Below, in pieces: positions 35,071 through 44,129 of a DNA stretch of 50,028 nucleotides (positions within the stretch are counted from its first letter, which is position 1; every line of letters begins with the position of its first letter). The DNA is taken from assembly GCA_946615875.1 (NCBI GenBank), contig CAMOIK010000001.1, forward strand, positions 1-50,028, given 5' to 3'. Below the pieces are notes generated by a model. That model was not told the origin of the DNA and ran no database searches. It was given only the letters and a program-made list of their open reading frames with translations. The translations under genes and the position numbers were made by a program. This DNA comes from an uncultured Verrucomicrobiota bacterium (GTDB lineage Bacteria > Verrucomicrobiota > Kiritimatiellia > RFP12 > UBA1067).

Positions 35071-36391
35071 CGCGCTTCGCCTCCATTATCTCCTTGGTCC
35101 TGCCTTCGAGGTTGAGGCGGACGAGCGGCTCGGTGTTGGACATCCTCACGTTCGCCCACCAGCCCTCCGTCTGCCAGGCGTCCACGGATACGCCGTCGAG
35201 CTCGAACACCTTGCACTGCGGCAGTGCGGAGTAGTCGGCCTTGATCTTGGCGAGGATCTGCGCTGGCGGCGTCTGGGTCTTGGTGTTGATTTCGCCGGAC
35301 TGGCTGTATTTGCGCAGAGGCGCCACCAGCTCGGAAAGCGGCTTGTCGCTGGCCGAAACGATGTTGGCCAGCGCGAATGTCGCCATGGACGAAGACTCCG
35401 CCGTGAAGTTCGCCTTGAAGTAGTAGTGGCCCGAGAGCTCGCCGGCGAAGATGGCGTCGTGCTCGCGCATCTGCGCCTTGATGAACGAATGCCCCACGCG
35501 GGACATCATCGGCCTGCCGCCCGCCTCCGCGATCGTCTCCTCCGCCATCTTGGTGGAGCGCAGGTCGTAGAAGCACGCGGCGCCCGGGCTGGACTTGAGG
35601 AGGTCCTTTGCGACGAGCGCGGTGATGAAGTCCATAGGGATGATTTCGCCGTTCTCGTCGAGGAAGCCTGCGCGGTCGGCGTCGCCGTCGAAAGCCACGC
35701 CGAAGGCGTACTTGCCCGGGTTGGCTTTCATGAGCTTCTGGAGGTCGGCGAGGGTTTCGCGCTCCAGCGGATTGGCGGCGTGGTGCGGGAAGTCGCCGTC
35801 GTATTCGCCGTAGAGAGCGTCGTAGGTGAGGTCGGTGCCGGCGAAGGCGGCGGACTCCGCGATGCCCATGCCGTTGCCGAAGTCCATCGCCACGTGGAGC
35901 GGGCGGGCCATGTGGGCGAACGTCTTGACGTGTGCGGCGTATTCGGCGGAGACATCGACCTTCGTCACCGTCCCCTTGACCGCCGCGTCCTCGCCGAGGT
36001 CGCCTTCCATCACCATGCGCTCTATATCCTTTATCCCGGTCGCGCCGGAGATCGGCACCGCGTTGGCGCGGCAGAGTTTGCAGCCGTTCCACTCCTTGGT
36101 GTTGTGGGAGGCGGTGATCATCACGCTGCCGTCGGGCTTGAGCGTGCCGTTTGCGAAGTAGCTCATCGGCGTCGATGCCAGGCCGATGTCAATGACGTCC
36201 ACCCCGACGTCCGTCAGGCCCTTGGCGAACGCTGCGAAAAGCGAGTCGGACGACTTGCGGCAGTCGCGCGCCACGACCACTTTCCTGACGCCTGCGAACT
36301 TGGCATAGGCTCGCGCGATCTTCTCGAAGATCGCCTCGTCCAGATCCTTGCCGTAGATGCCGCGGATGTCGTATGCCTTGAATATGCTCAT
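35042..36391 (-). CDS. phosphomannomutase / phosphoglucomutase
   Basis: The start is FKAYDIRG, the active-site loop is ITASHNTKEWNG, and the metal loop is FDGDADR. ATG at 36391 follows AAGGAG. Confidence 0.9.
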   Translation of the reverse strand: MSIFKAYDIRGIYGKDLDEAIFEKIARAYAKFAGVRKVVVARDCRKSSDSLFAAFAKGLTDVGVDVIDIGLASTPMSYFANGTLKPDGSVMITASHNTKEWNGCKLCRANAVPISGATGIKDIERMVMEGDLGEDAAVKGTVTKVDVSAEYAAHVKTFAHMARPLHVAMDFGNGMGIAESAAFAGTDLTYDALYGEYDGDFPHHAANPLERETLADLQKLMKANPGKYAFGVAFDGDADRAGFLDENGEIIPMDFITALVAKDLLKSSPGAACFYDLRSTKMAEETIAEAGGRPMMSRVGHSFIKAQMREHDAIFAGELSGHYYFKANFTAESSSMATFALANIVSASDKPLSELVAPLRKYSQSGEINTKTQTPPAQILAKIKADYSALPQCKVFELDGVSVDAWQTEGWWANVRMSNTEPLVRLNLEGRTKEIMEAKRDEFLAVIRA

Positions 36392-36422
36392 GTCTCAGTT
36401 GCTCCTTGGTTGTCGTTTCGCC

Positions 36423-36442
36423 GCATATTATACCATATTTAT
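36423..36442 (-). promoter_or_regulatory. extended -10 promoter box ATAAATATGGTATAATATGC (TATAAT at 36432-36427), PMM operon
   Basis: This is an exact TATGGTATAAT copy on the minus strand, divergent from the nusB promoter. Confidence 0.7.
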
Positions 36443-36531
36443 CCCGCTCCATGCCCGAAAGGTTTGAAAAGTTTCCCCGTTTCGCGTCCTGGGCGCGGCT
36501 GCGCACGGCCGAGAGGCCGGTCACACGGCGC

Positions 36532-36553
36532 GAAAAATATGGTATAATATGCG
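36532..36553 (+). promoter_or_regulatory. extended -10 promoter box GAAAAATATGGTATAATATGCG (TATAAT at 36543-36548), nusB-ribD-ribE
   Basis: This is an exact copy of the box, 38 nt upstream of the nusB ATG. Confidence 0.7.
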
Positions 36554-36585
36554 CGCGTTTCACGCAAGGAAGGTAGAAAGACGAG

Positions 36586-37044
36586 ATGACGGCGACAAGA
36601 CGACAAGCCCGCGAATGGGCGATACAGATGCTCACGGCGGCCGATCTGAACCCCCCTGACGACCTGCAGGAATTCCTGCAGGCTTTCTGGCGGCAGGCGA
36701 AGAGCCTGGACGTCGAGGACGGCGGCAGCGGCGGCGAAGCCGTGAGAGGGAAGCTGCGGACGTTCGCGGAAGAGCGCGTGACAGGCGTGATGGAAGGGCG
36801 CGACGCCATTGACGCCGCCTTGCAGCCGCTGCTCGGCAACTGGGAAATCTACCGGCTCGGGACCGTCGAGCGCGCCGTGCTGCGCATGGGCGCGTGGGAG
36901 CTGCAAAACACCGACATCCCCGTGCCGGTGGTGATCAACGAGGCTGTGGATCTCGTGAACTGGTATTCGTCGCCGAAGGCCCGCGCCATCGTGAACAGCA
37001 CGCTTGACAGATTCGCCAAGACCGTGCGCAAGGCCGATGTTTGA
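36586..37044 (+). CDS. nusB: transcription antitermination factor NusB
   Basis: It has RRQAREWAIQML, a C-terminal VINEAVDLVN...A.VNSTLD pattern, and a size of 152 aa. Confidence 0.85.
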   Translation: MTATRRQAREWAIQMLTAADLNPPDDLQEFLQAFWRQAKSLDVEDGGSGGEAVRGKLRTFAEERVTGVMEGRDAIDAALQPLLGNWEIYRLGTVERAVLRMGAWELQNTDIPVPVVINEAVDLVNWYSSPKARAIVNSTLDRFAKTVRKADV

Positions 37045-38017
37045 CGCATCCACGCCGGACGGGCGCGCCGCCGAACGCTCGTTCATGCTGCGCGCGGCGG
37101 AGCTGGCCCTTCGCGGCATGGGGCACGTCCGCCCCAACCCGTGCGTCGGCGCGGTGGTCGTGCGCGACGGCGAGGTGGTCGGCGAAGGCTGGCACAAGAG
37201 GGCTGGCGGAGACCATGCGGAGGTGGCCGCGCTCAAGAAGGCGGGCGCCGCCGCGCGCGGCGCCACGGTGTATGTGACGCTCGAGCCGTGTTCGCGCGCC
37301 GGCCGCGTGGGCGCCTGCACCGACGCGCTTGCCGCCGCCGGAGTGGCGAGGGTGGTCTATGGCGTGGCGGACCCGAATCCCAAGAACCGAGGAAAGGCCA
37401 GGCGGGCGCTGGCGAAGGCCGGCGTCGTCTGCGAGCGGTACCGTGGCGACGATGAGGTCTTGGCGGCGTGCCGCGAGCTGATCGCCGCCTTCAGCAAGCA
37501 CGTCGCCACCGGCCTGCCTTTCGTCACGGTCAAGCTCGCTATGTCGCTCGACGGCAGGCTTTGCGACGACTGGGGAGGCTCCAGATGGATTTCGTCGGCG
37601 AGGGCGCGCCGCTTTACCGCCTCCACGCTGCGCGAACGCAGCGACGCCATAATGGTGGGCGGCGAGACGGTGCGGCGCGACAACCCTTCCCTGCTTTCGC
37701 ACGGGAAGAGGAACGACGACCTCGTGCGCGTCGTCGTTTCGCGGTCCGGGAACCTGCCTAAGGACGCGAGGATATTCACGGACGGTGCGCCGAACGCGAC
37801 GCTTGTGTTCGACGATGCGCGCAAGGCACTGGAGGAGCTTGGGCGCATGGGCGTGACGAGCGTCCTTTGCGAAGGCGGCATGAAGCTCGCCGTCTCGCTC
37901 GCCGAAGCCGGTCTGGTGGATAGGTGGATCGCCGTGCTCGCGCCGAAGGTGATCGGCGGCCGGCGCATTTCGGAGGCTGTAAAGATCGGGGAGGTCTCGT
38001 GTTTACAGGATTGGTAG
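37037..38017 (+). CDS. ribD: bifunctional diaminohydroxyphosphoribosylaminopyrimidine deaminase / 5-amino-6-(5-phosphoribosylamino)uracil reductase
   Basis: The deaminase zinc motifs are HAEVAAL and EPCSRAGRVGAC, and the reductase half is VTVKLAMSLDGR. ATG at 37037 overlaps the nusB end by 8 nt. Confidence 0.9.
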   Translation: MFDASTPDGRAAERSFMLRAAELALRGMGHVRPNPCVGAVVVRDGEVVGEGWHKRAGGDHAEVAALKKAGAAARGATVYVTLEPCSRAGRVGACTDALAAAGVARVVYGVADPNPKNRGKARRALAKAGVVCERYRGDDEVLAACRELIAAFSKHVATGLPFVTVKLAMSLDGRLCDDWGGSRWISSARARRFTASTLRERSDAIMVGGETVRRDNPSLLSHGKRNDDLVRVVVSRSGNLPKDARIFTDGAPNATLVFDDARKALEELGRMGVTSVLCEGGMKLAVSLAEAGLVDRWIAVLAPKVIGGRRISEAVKIGEVSCLQDW

Positions 38018-38643
38018 AACGCAAGGGCCGGGTTCGCAGGGTCTCGCGGGGAAGCGGCCTCGTGCTGGAGATCGGTTTCGAGCCCTGGCCGCAGATGCTG
38101 GAAGAGGGCGAGTCCGTCGCCGTCAATGGCGCGTGCCTGACCGTGGCGCGACGCGACGCGACGCGCTTCACCGCCGACATCCTGCGGGAGACCGAGGAGC
38201 GCACGGGACTTGCCGACCTCAAGCCCGGCGACCAGGTGAACCTTGAACGCGCCCTCCGCGCCGGTTCGCCGATGGGCGGGCACGTGGTGCAGGGGCACGT
38301 GGACCGGCGAGGCGCCATACTCGCCATTTCGCCGCGAGGCCGCGATTTCCGCTTGAAGGTGCGGTGCGGCCGCGTCATGGCCGCGCAGTCCGTCGTGAAG
38401 GGCTCGGTCGCCATCGACGGCGTTTCGCTCACGATCACAGGGCTTGGCGACGATTGGCTGACGGTCGATCTGATCCCCACCACCATGCGAGACACTACGC
38501 TCGGGCTGAAGCGCGTCGGCGACATGGTGAACCTCGAAGGCGACGTCCTCGGCAAATATGTCGCTGCCGCCGCGTCCGCCGCGCCGCAATCGGCCGCAAA
38601 GGGGCTTTCCATGGAAGATCTGGTGCGGGCCGGCTTCGTATAA
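37999..38643 (+). CDS. ribE: riboflavin synthase
   Basis: The GTG start at 37999 follows GGGGAGG and yields the canonical N-terminus (M)FTGLVE. The lumazine-binding repeats are GESVAVNGACLTV and GSVAIDGVSLTI. Confidence 0.85.
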   Translation: MFTGLVERKGRVRRVSRGSGLVLEIGFEPWPQMLEEGESVAVNGACLTVARRDATRFTADILRETEERTGLADLKPGDQVNLERALRAGSPMGGHVVQGHVDRRGAILAISPRGRDFRLKVRCGRVMAAQSVVKGSVAIDGVSLTITGLGDDWLTVDLIPTTMRDTTLGLKRVGDMVNLEGDVLGKYVAAAASAAPQSAAKGLSMEDLVRAGFV

Positions 38644-38674
38644 CTCCATCCATCCCTTCCCTTGGGGACGGAAA

Positions 38675-38827
38675 GTCCATATATAGAGAACGGCAAGTCC
38701 ATATATAGAGATGCCGCGAGTCTATATATGGAGAAGTGGCAAGTCTATATATCAAGTCTATATATAATATAGAGACGGGGCAAGTCTATATATAGAGACG
38801 CGCGAGTGAATATATAGGGATGCGCGG
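38675..38827 (-). repeat. second iteron-like tandem array, 7 units, the same family as 18541-18699 but in inverted orientation
   Basis: Units start at 38675, 38697, 38720, 38743 (truncated to 13 bp), 38756 (28 bp), 38784 and 38806 (degenerate). The unit is GTC(C/T)ATATAT(A/G)GAGA-N7-8. GGCAAGTCTATATATGGAGA matches the reverse complement of array-1 units (GGCAGTCTATATATGGAGA). Confidence 0.9.
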
Positions 38828-38902
38828 GCGGATGCAGGGGGCGGTCGGCGGGCGTTGCGCGGCAAGATCGCCCGGCTATCGCGTCATGCGCCCCCGAACG
38901 GC

Positions 38903-38924
38903 GGAAAATATGGTATAATATGCG
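38903..38924 (+). promoter_or_regulatory. extended -10 promoter box GGAAAATATGGTATAATATGCG (TATAAT at 38914-38919)
   Basis: This is an exact copy of the box, 27 nt upstream of the ATG at 38946. Confidence 0.7.
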
Positions 38925-38945
38925 GCGACCAAGGATCAAGGACAC

Positions 38946-40448
38946 ATGAAGATCACGCCAGAACTGCTGTGTGCCGCGGCGACGTTCGCCGCGGCTGGAT
39001 GCTCAATGCTGCCGTCTGTCGGCCCGGACTACCGCGAGCCTGAGAGGAAACTGCCAGACTTCGCGCTGCCTGACGCGGGATACCCGACGACCAACCTCCT
39101 GGAGTCGGGCGAATACAAAATCGCGGAAGACGGCGACGACTGGAGAGTGAACATCACCACCAACGAGATACGGTCGTGGTGGACTCGCTTCAACGATCCC
39201 GTGCTTACCGGCCTGGTCGATTCGTCGGTCTCCAACAACCTCTCCTATCTTATGGCGCAGGAACGCCTGGTCCAGGCGCGCTGGTCGCTCGTCGGCTCGT
39301 ATGCGGCGTTCCTGCCGCACGTCGGGGCGTCGGGCTCCGCCACGCGGATGGAGCGCGGCAAAGACACGTCCGCCAGGTGGGGGACGGGAAGCAAGCTGCA
39401 CCGCGACGTGTTCACCGGCGGCTTCGACGCCACGTGGGAGATAGACATCTTCGGAGGCAGCCGCCGCGCCACCGAGGCGGCGACGGCCGAATTCGAGGCG
39501 GCCGGCTGGAACCTGGCCGACGCCTGGGTGTCGCTCACTTCCGAGGTGGGCAGCCAGTATATCGCGCTGCGCACCACGCAGCAGCGCATCGAGGTCGCGC
39601 GCGACAACCTGGTGCTGCAGCGCGAAACCTACGACATCCTCAAGTCCCGCCTGGACTCCGGCATCGGCGACGAGCTGGCCGTGAGCCAGTCCAAGTACAT
39701 CCTGGAGCAGACCCACGCGGCGATACCGCCGCTGCTCGCCCAGGAGGAGCAGTTGAAGAACGCGCTCGCGATCCTGACCGGCCTGATGCCCGGCGCGCTC
39801 GAAGAGGAGCTTTCCGAGTGCCCCGACCGCGACTGGCTGGTGGAGCCGCAGAAGCTTTCCGGCATCCCGCTCGACATGATACGCGCGCGCCCCGACGTGA
39901 GGGCGGCGGAGCGGCGGCTGGCGGCGCAGGTCGCCCGCGTAGGGGTGGCGCAGGCGCGCTGGTATCCAAAGCTCTTCATCAACGGCTCGCTCGGCCTCGA
40001 CTCCGTGCATCCCCAGAAACTCTTCCATCGCGACGCGCTCATGGGCTCCATAGGCCCGTCGTTCAGCTGGCCGATATTCCAAGGCGGCGGCATATACGCC
40101 GCCGTCCAGGCCGAGGAGGCCAAGGTCAATGAGGCTTGCCTCGCATACGACCTCGCCATCCAGAAGGCGTATGCCGAGATACGCGACGCCTACGCCGCCT
40201 ACACCCACGAATACCACCGCTACCAGGCGCTCCAGGCGGCCGTCAAGGCGGCAGAGGACGCGGTCTCCATCGCCAAGGACCTCTACAAGAACGGACTCAA
40301 GGACTTCACGGCCGTCATCGACGCCCAGCGCTCCCTGCTGACGCTGGCGGAGTCGCTCGTCGTGAGCCGCGGCAGCATCTCGCGCCACCTCATCGCGCTC
40401 TACAAGGCGCTCGGCGGCGGCGTGGTGGTGGAGGCCGAAGAGGGCTAG
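38946..40448 (+). CDS. efflux transporter outer-membrane factor lipoprotein, NodT/OprM family
   Basis: It has the lipobox AAAGCS, the N-terminal PDYREPE motif after the Cys, and two TolC-like repeats. It is 500 aa. Confidence 0.85.
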   Translation: MKITPELLCAAATFAAAGCSMLPSVGPDYREPERKLPDFALPDAGYPTTNLLESGEYKIAEDGDDWRVNITTNEIRSWWTRFNDPVLTGLVDSSVSNNLSYLMAQERLVQARWSLVGSYAAFLPHVGASGSATRMERGKDTSARWGTGSKLHRDVFTGGFDATWEIDIFGGSRRATEAATAEFEAAGWNLADAWVSLTSEVGSQYIALRTTQQRIEVARDNLVLQRETYDILKSRLDSGIGDELAVSQSKYILEQTHAAIPPLLAQEEQLKNALAILTGLMPGALEEELSECPDRDWLVEPQKLSGIPLDMIRARPDVRAAERRLAAQVARVGVAQARWYPKLFINGSLGLDSVHPQKLFHRDALMGSIGPSFSWPIFQGGGIYAAVQAEEAKVNEACLAYDLAIQKAYAEIRDAYAAYTHEYHRYQALQAAVKAAEDAVSIAKDLYKNGLKDFTAVIDAQRSLLTLAESLVVSRGSISRHLIALYKALGGGVVVEAEEG

Positions 40449-40507
40449 GGCCGGCCGGCCCGGCGCCGCCGCAGGCGAGGGGCCGCTAACTGCGAGGCAC
40501 GAGAGAC

Positions 40508-40984
40508 ATGAACACAGCGGTATATCCCGGGACTTTCGACCCGATGACGAAGGGTCACTTCGACCTGATCGTCCGTTCGGCGCGGCTCTACGAGCGGCTG
40601 GTCGTCGCCGTCGCCGCCACCTCCTCCAAGGAGGGCGCCATGTTCCCGGCCGACGAGCGCATGGCCATGATACGAGAGGACGTGGAGCGCGCGGGGCTGG
40701 CGAACGTGGAAGTGAAGCTGCTCGACACGCTGCTTGTGGATTTCTGCCGCCGCGAAGGGGCGCGCGTGGTGATACGCGGCGTGAGGGTTTACAGCGACTT
40801 CGAATACGAGTTCCAGATGGCCCTGACCAACCGCCGCCTCGCCCCGGAAATCGAGACCCTCTTCATGATGCCTTCCGAAAATCTCGCCTACGTGACGGCC
40901 TCGACGGTCCGCGAGATCACGCGCTACGGCGGCGACACGGCGCCGTTCGTGACAGAGGCCGTCCAGCGGCGGCTGCGCGGCTGA
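40508..40984 (+). CDS. coaD: phosphopantetheine adenylyltransferase
   Basis: YPGTFDPMTKGHFDLI (a T/HxGH nucleotidyltransferase motif), RGVRVYSDFEYE and SSTVREI-type ASTVREI. Confidence 0.9.
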   Translation: MNTAVYPGTFDPMTKGHFDLIVRSARLYERLVVAVAATSSKEGAMFPADERMAMIREDVERAGLANVEVKLLDTLLVDFCRREGARVVIRGVRVYSDFEYEFQMALTNRRLAPEIETLFMMPSENLAYVTASTVREITRYGGDTAPFVTEAVQRRLRG

Positions 40985-43056
40985 TGGGGATGTTCCGCCT
41001 AGAGTCGTCATTCAAGCCGACCGGCGACCAGCCGAAGGCGGTGGCCGACCTTTGCGCGGCGCTTGAACGCGGGGAGCGGCGCGCGGTGCTGCAGGGCGTG
41101 ACGGGGAGCGGCAAGACCTTCACCATGGCCAACCTGATAGCCAAGTGGGACCGCCCGACGCTGATACTCTCGCACAACAAGACCCTGGCCGCGCAGCTCT
41201 TCAGCGAACTGCGCGGTTTCTTCCCGCAGAACGCCGTCGAATACTTCATCTCCTACTACGACTACTACCAGCCGGAGGCGTACATCCCGCAGACCGACAC
41301 CTACATCGAGAAGGACGCCTCCATCAACGACGAGATAGAGCGCTACCGGCTGGCCGCGACGAACGCGCTCATAGCCCGCCGCGACGTGATCGTGGTTTCG
41401 TCGGTGTCGTGCATCTACGGTCTTGGCGAATCCACCGAATACCGCGACCTGGCCGTGAGCCTGCGGGTGGGCGAGCGCGCCGGGCGCAGCGCGGTGGCGG
41501 AGCGGCTCGTGGCCGCGCAGTACGTGCGCAACGACTTCGACTTCGCGCCCGGCACGTTCCGCGCGCGCGGCGACACGCTCGACATCTTCCCGGCATACGA
41601 GACGCGAGCGGTGCGCGTGGAGTTCTTCGGCGACGACATCGACGCCATCTCCTATCTCGACCCCGTGACCGGCAAAAAGGGCGTGGCGATGCCGGCCGTC
41701 ACGATCACGCCGGCCAAGCAGTTCGTGCTGGGACGCGACAAGTTCGAGGCCGCCTTCGCGAGGATACGCGCCGAGCTGGCCGAGCGCCTCGCCTTCTTCG
41801 AGTCCAAGGGCAAGCTCCTGGAGGCCCAGCGCCTGCGCGAACGCACGGAATACGACATCGAAATGATGCGCGAGCTCGGCTACTGCAACGGCATCGAGAA
41901 CTATTCCCGACCCCTCACGGGCCGCGCTCCTGGTTCGCCGCCCGAATGTCTGCTGGACTACTTCCCCGACGACTTCCTGACCATCATCGACGAAAGCCAC
42001 GTCGCAGTGCCGCAGATACGGGCAATGTACAACGGCGACCAGGCGCGCAAGCAGATGCTCGTGGATTTCGGCTTCCGCCTGCCCAGCGCGAAGGACAACC
42101 GGCCTCTCACCTTCGACGAGTTCAATTCCAAGGTCGGCCAGATCGTCTATTGCTCGGCGACGCCCGGCGACTACGAGTATTCCGAGGCGCAGACCGTGGC
42201 GGAGCAGGTGCTGCGCCCGACGGGCCTGCTCGACCCAGTCATAGAAATCCGCCCGCTCGCAAACCAGATCGACGATCTGATAGAGGAGATACGCGGCGTC
42301 AAAGGGCGCGTGCTCGTCACCACGCTCACGAAGCGCAGCTCCGAAGACCTGACCCACTACCTCGCCGAGACGGGCATACGCGTGGAATACCTCCACTCCG
42401 GCATCGACGCGATAGAGCGGGTCGCGATCCTGCAACGCCTGCGCAAGGGCGACTTCGACGTGCTGGTGGGCATCAACCTCCTGCGCGAGGGACTGGACCT
42501 GCCGGAGGTGGAGCTGGTCGCGATACTCGACGCGGACAAGGAAGGCTTCCTGCGCTCCGATACGTCGCTCGTGCAGACGGCGGGGCGCGCCGCCCGCCAC
42601 GAGAACGGCCGCGTGATACTCTACGCCGACAAGAAAACCGACGCCATCAAGACCCTGCTGCGCCTCACGGAGGCGCACCGCGAGAAGCAGATGGCCTGGA
42701 ACAAGGAGCACGGCATAACGCCGCACTCGGTGAAGCGCGAGATCAACGAGTCCACCTACATCTACAGAGCCGACGGCAGGTCGGCGAAGGGCAGGGGGGC
42801 GCCGGCGGCGCCGCAGGGCGCGGTCGACGCGCTCCGCCCGGGCGGCGACGTCGACATCCTGGCCGAGATGACCAGGGAAATGCTGGAGGCGGCGGACAAT
42901 CTGGAGTTCGAGCGCGCCGCCTATCTGCGCGACCGCATCAAGGAACTGAAGAAGGCTTCTCCGGCCGCGGCGGCCGCCGCCGAAGCCGCCGCCGCCGGGG
43001 CCGGCGCGCCGCGCGGGAAGAGGCCGCGTTCCACCGCGAAGAGGAAAAGGAAATGA
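40984..43056 (+). CDS. uvrB: excinuclease ABC subunit B
   Basis: It has F-x-P-x-GDQ, Walker A GVTGSGKTFT, the beta-hairpin region YYDYYQPEAY, and the C-terminal UVR motif FERAAYLRDRIKEL. Confidence 0.95.
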   Translation: MGMFRLESSFKPTGDQPKAVADLCAALERGERRAVLQGVTGSGKTFTMANLIAKWDRPTLILSHNKTLAAQLFSELRGFFPQNAVEYFISYYDYYQPEAYIPQTDTYIEKDASINDEIERYRLAATNALIARRDVIVVSSVSCIYGLGESTEYRDLAVSLRVGERAGRSAVAERLVAAQYVRNDFDFAPGTFRARGDTLDIFPAYETRAVRVEFFGDDIDAISYLDPVTGKKGVAMPAVTITPAKQFVLGRDKFEAAFARIRAELAERLAFFESKGKLLEAQRLRERTEYDIEMMRELGYCNGIENYSRPLTGRAPGSPPECLLDYFPDDFLTIIDESHVAVPQIRAMYNGDQARKQMLVDFGFRLPSAKDNRPLTFDEFNSKVGQIVYCSATPGDYEYSEAQTVAEQVLRPTGLLDPVIEIRPLANQIDDLIEEIRGVKGRVLVTTLTKRSSEDLTHYLAETGIRVEYLHSGIDAIERVAILQRLRKGDFDVLVGINLLREGLDLPEVELVAILDADKEGFLRSDTSLVQTAGRAARHENGRVILYADKKTDAIKTLLRLTEAHREKQMAWNKEHGITPHSVKREINESTYIYRADGRSAKGRGAPAAPQGAVDALRPGGDVDILAEMTREMLEAADNLEFERAAYLRDRIKELKKASPAAAAAAEAAAAGAGAPRGKRPRSTAKRKRK

Positions 43057-44069
43057 AACCGTCACTCGAAAAGTATCTCCGCGAAGGCGGCAGCCTGGGC
43101 TCGCTCGCCTCGCGGCCGCCAAAACGCGCCGCCACGGCGCCGTTCCCCTGCGACCCGGCGGACGTGTACGACCGCCAGGTCGCGGCGCTCGCGACGCGCC
43201 TCGGGCGCATCGGCGCGCGCACCGTGACGGTGGGCGTGTCCGGCGGGCTCGACTCCGCGCTGTGCCTGCTGGCGGCGGCGGGCGCCTTCGACCGCCTAGG
43301 GCTGCCGCGCACGGGCATCCACGCGATCACCATGCCGGGCTTCGGCACCACGGCGCGGACGAAAGGCAACGCCGAGCTTCTTTGCGAGGGGCTGGGGGTG
43401 GCGCTGGAGACGATAGACATCACCCCGGCGTGCCGGCAGCATTTCAAGGACATCGGCCACGACGGCTCCACGCCCGACGTGACGTTCGAGAACGCACAGG
43501 CGAGGATGCGGACTTTGATACTGATGGACAAGGCCAACATGACCGGCGGCGTGGTCCTGGGCACGGGCGACCTCTCGGAGATCGCGCTGGGGTGGTGCAC
43601 CTACAACGGCGACCACATGTCGATGTTCGGCGTGAACTCCGGCATCCCGAAGACGGTCGTGCGCAAGGTGTGCCTCCATCTGGCCGAGAACGGAAAGACG
43701 CTCTTCTCCGACGCTTCCGCCGCCGCCGCGCTGCGCGACATCGTGGCGACGCCGGTCTCGCCGGAGCTGGTGGCGGGGCAGGTCACGGAAGAAAAGCTCG
43801 GGCCCTACGAGCTCCACGACTTCTTCATCTGGAACTTCATCGAGAACGGCCTGGACCGCCAGGAGCTCTTCGACGCCGCGCGCGCCTTTTTCCCCGGCAG
43901 GTTCGACGACGCCCTCGTCGCCTCCACCCTCGAGACTTTCCTCGTCCGGCTGGTCTCGCAGGCGTTCAAGCGAAACTGCGCGCCGGACGGCATACGCATC
44001 TTCAACTTCGACTTCTCGCCGTCCTCCTGGCACATCCCGTCGGACATGCCGAAGGACGCGCTGTTGTGA
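43053..44069 (+). CDS. nadE: NAD+ synthetase, synthetase domain only (no N-terminal CN-hydrolase/glutaminase domain)
   Basis: ATG at 43053 overlaps the uvrB stop (ATGA). The PP-loop is GVSGGLDSA, followed by GTGDLSEIALGWCTYNGDHMSM. It is 338 aa. Confidence 0.85.
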   Translation: MKPSLEKYLREGGSLGSLASRPPKRAATAPFPCDPADVYDRQVAALATRLGRIGARTVTVGVSGGLDSALCLLAAAGAFDRLGLPRTGIHAITMPGFGTTARTKGNAELLCEGLGVALETIDITPACRQHFKDIGHDGSTPDVTFENAQARMRTLILMDKANMTGGVVLGTGDLSEIALGWCTYNGDHMSMFGVNSGIPKTVVRKVCLHLAENGKTLFSDASAAAALRDIVATPVSPELVAGQVTEEKLGPYELHDFFIWNFIENGLDRQELFDAARAFFPGRFDDALVASTLETFLVRLVSQAFKRNCAPDGIRIFNFDFSPSSWHIPSDMPKDALL

Positions 44070-44086
44070 CGCCCTGCGCGCCATCG

Positions 44087-44105
44087 GCAAATATGGTATA
44101 ATATC
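44087..44105 (+). promoter_or_regulatory. extended -10 promoter box GCAAATATGGTATAATATC (TATAAT at 44097-44102), purL
   Basis: This is an exact TATGGTATAAT copy. The SD AAGGAG is at 44115-44120 and the ATG is at 44130. Confidence 0.7.
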
Positions 44106-44129
44106 CCCACCACCAAGGAGACCGAGACG

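Noticed and set aside
36549-36585. An FMN riboswitch ahead of nusB-ribD-ribE.
   Set aside because: The predicted 5' UTR is only about 35 nt, much shorter than an RFN element, and it lacks the conserved FMN-aptamer helices.
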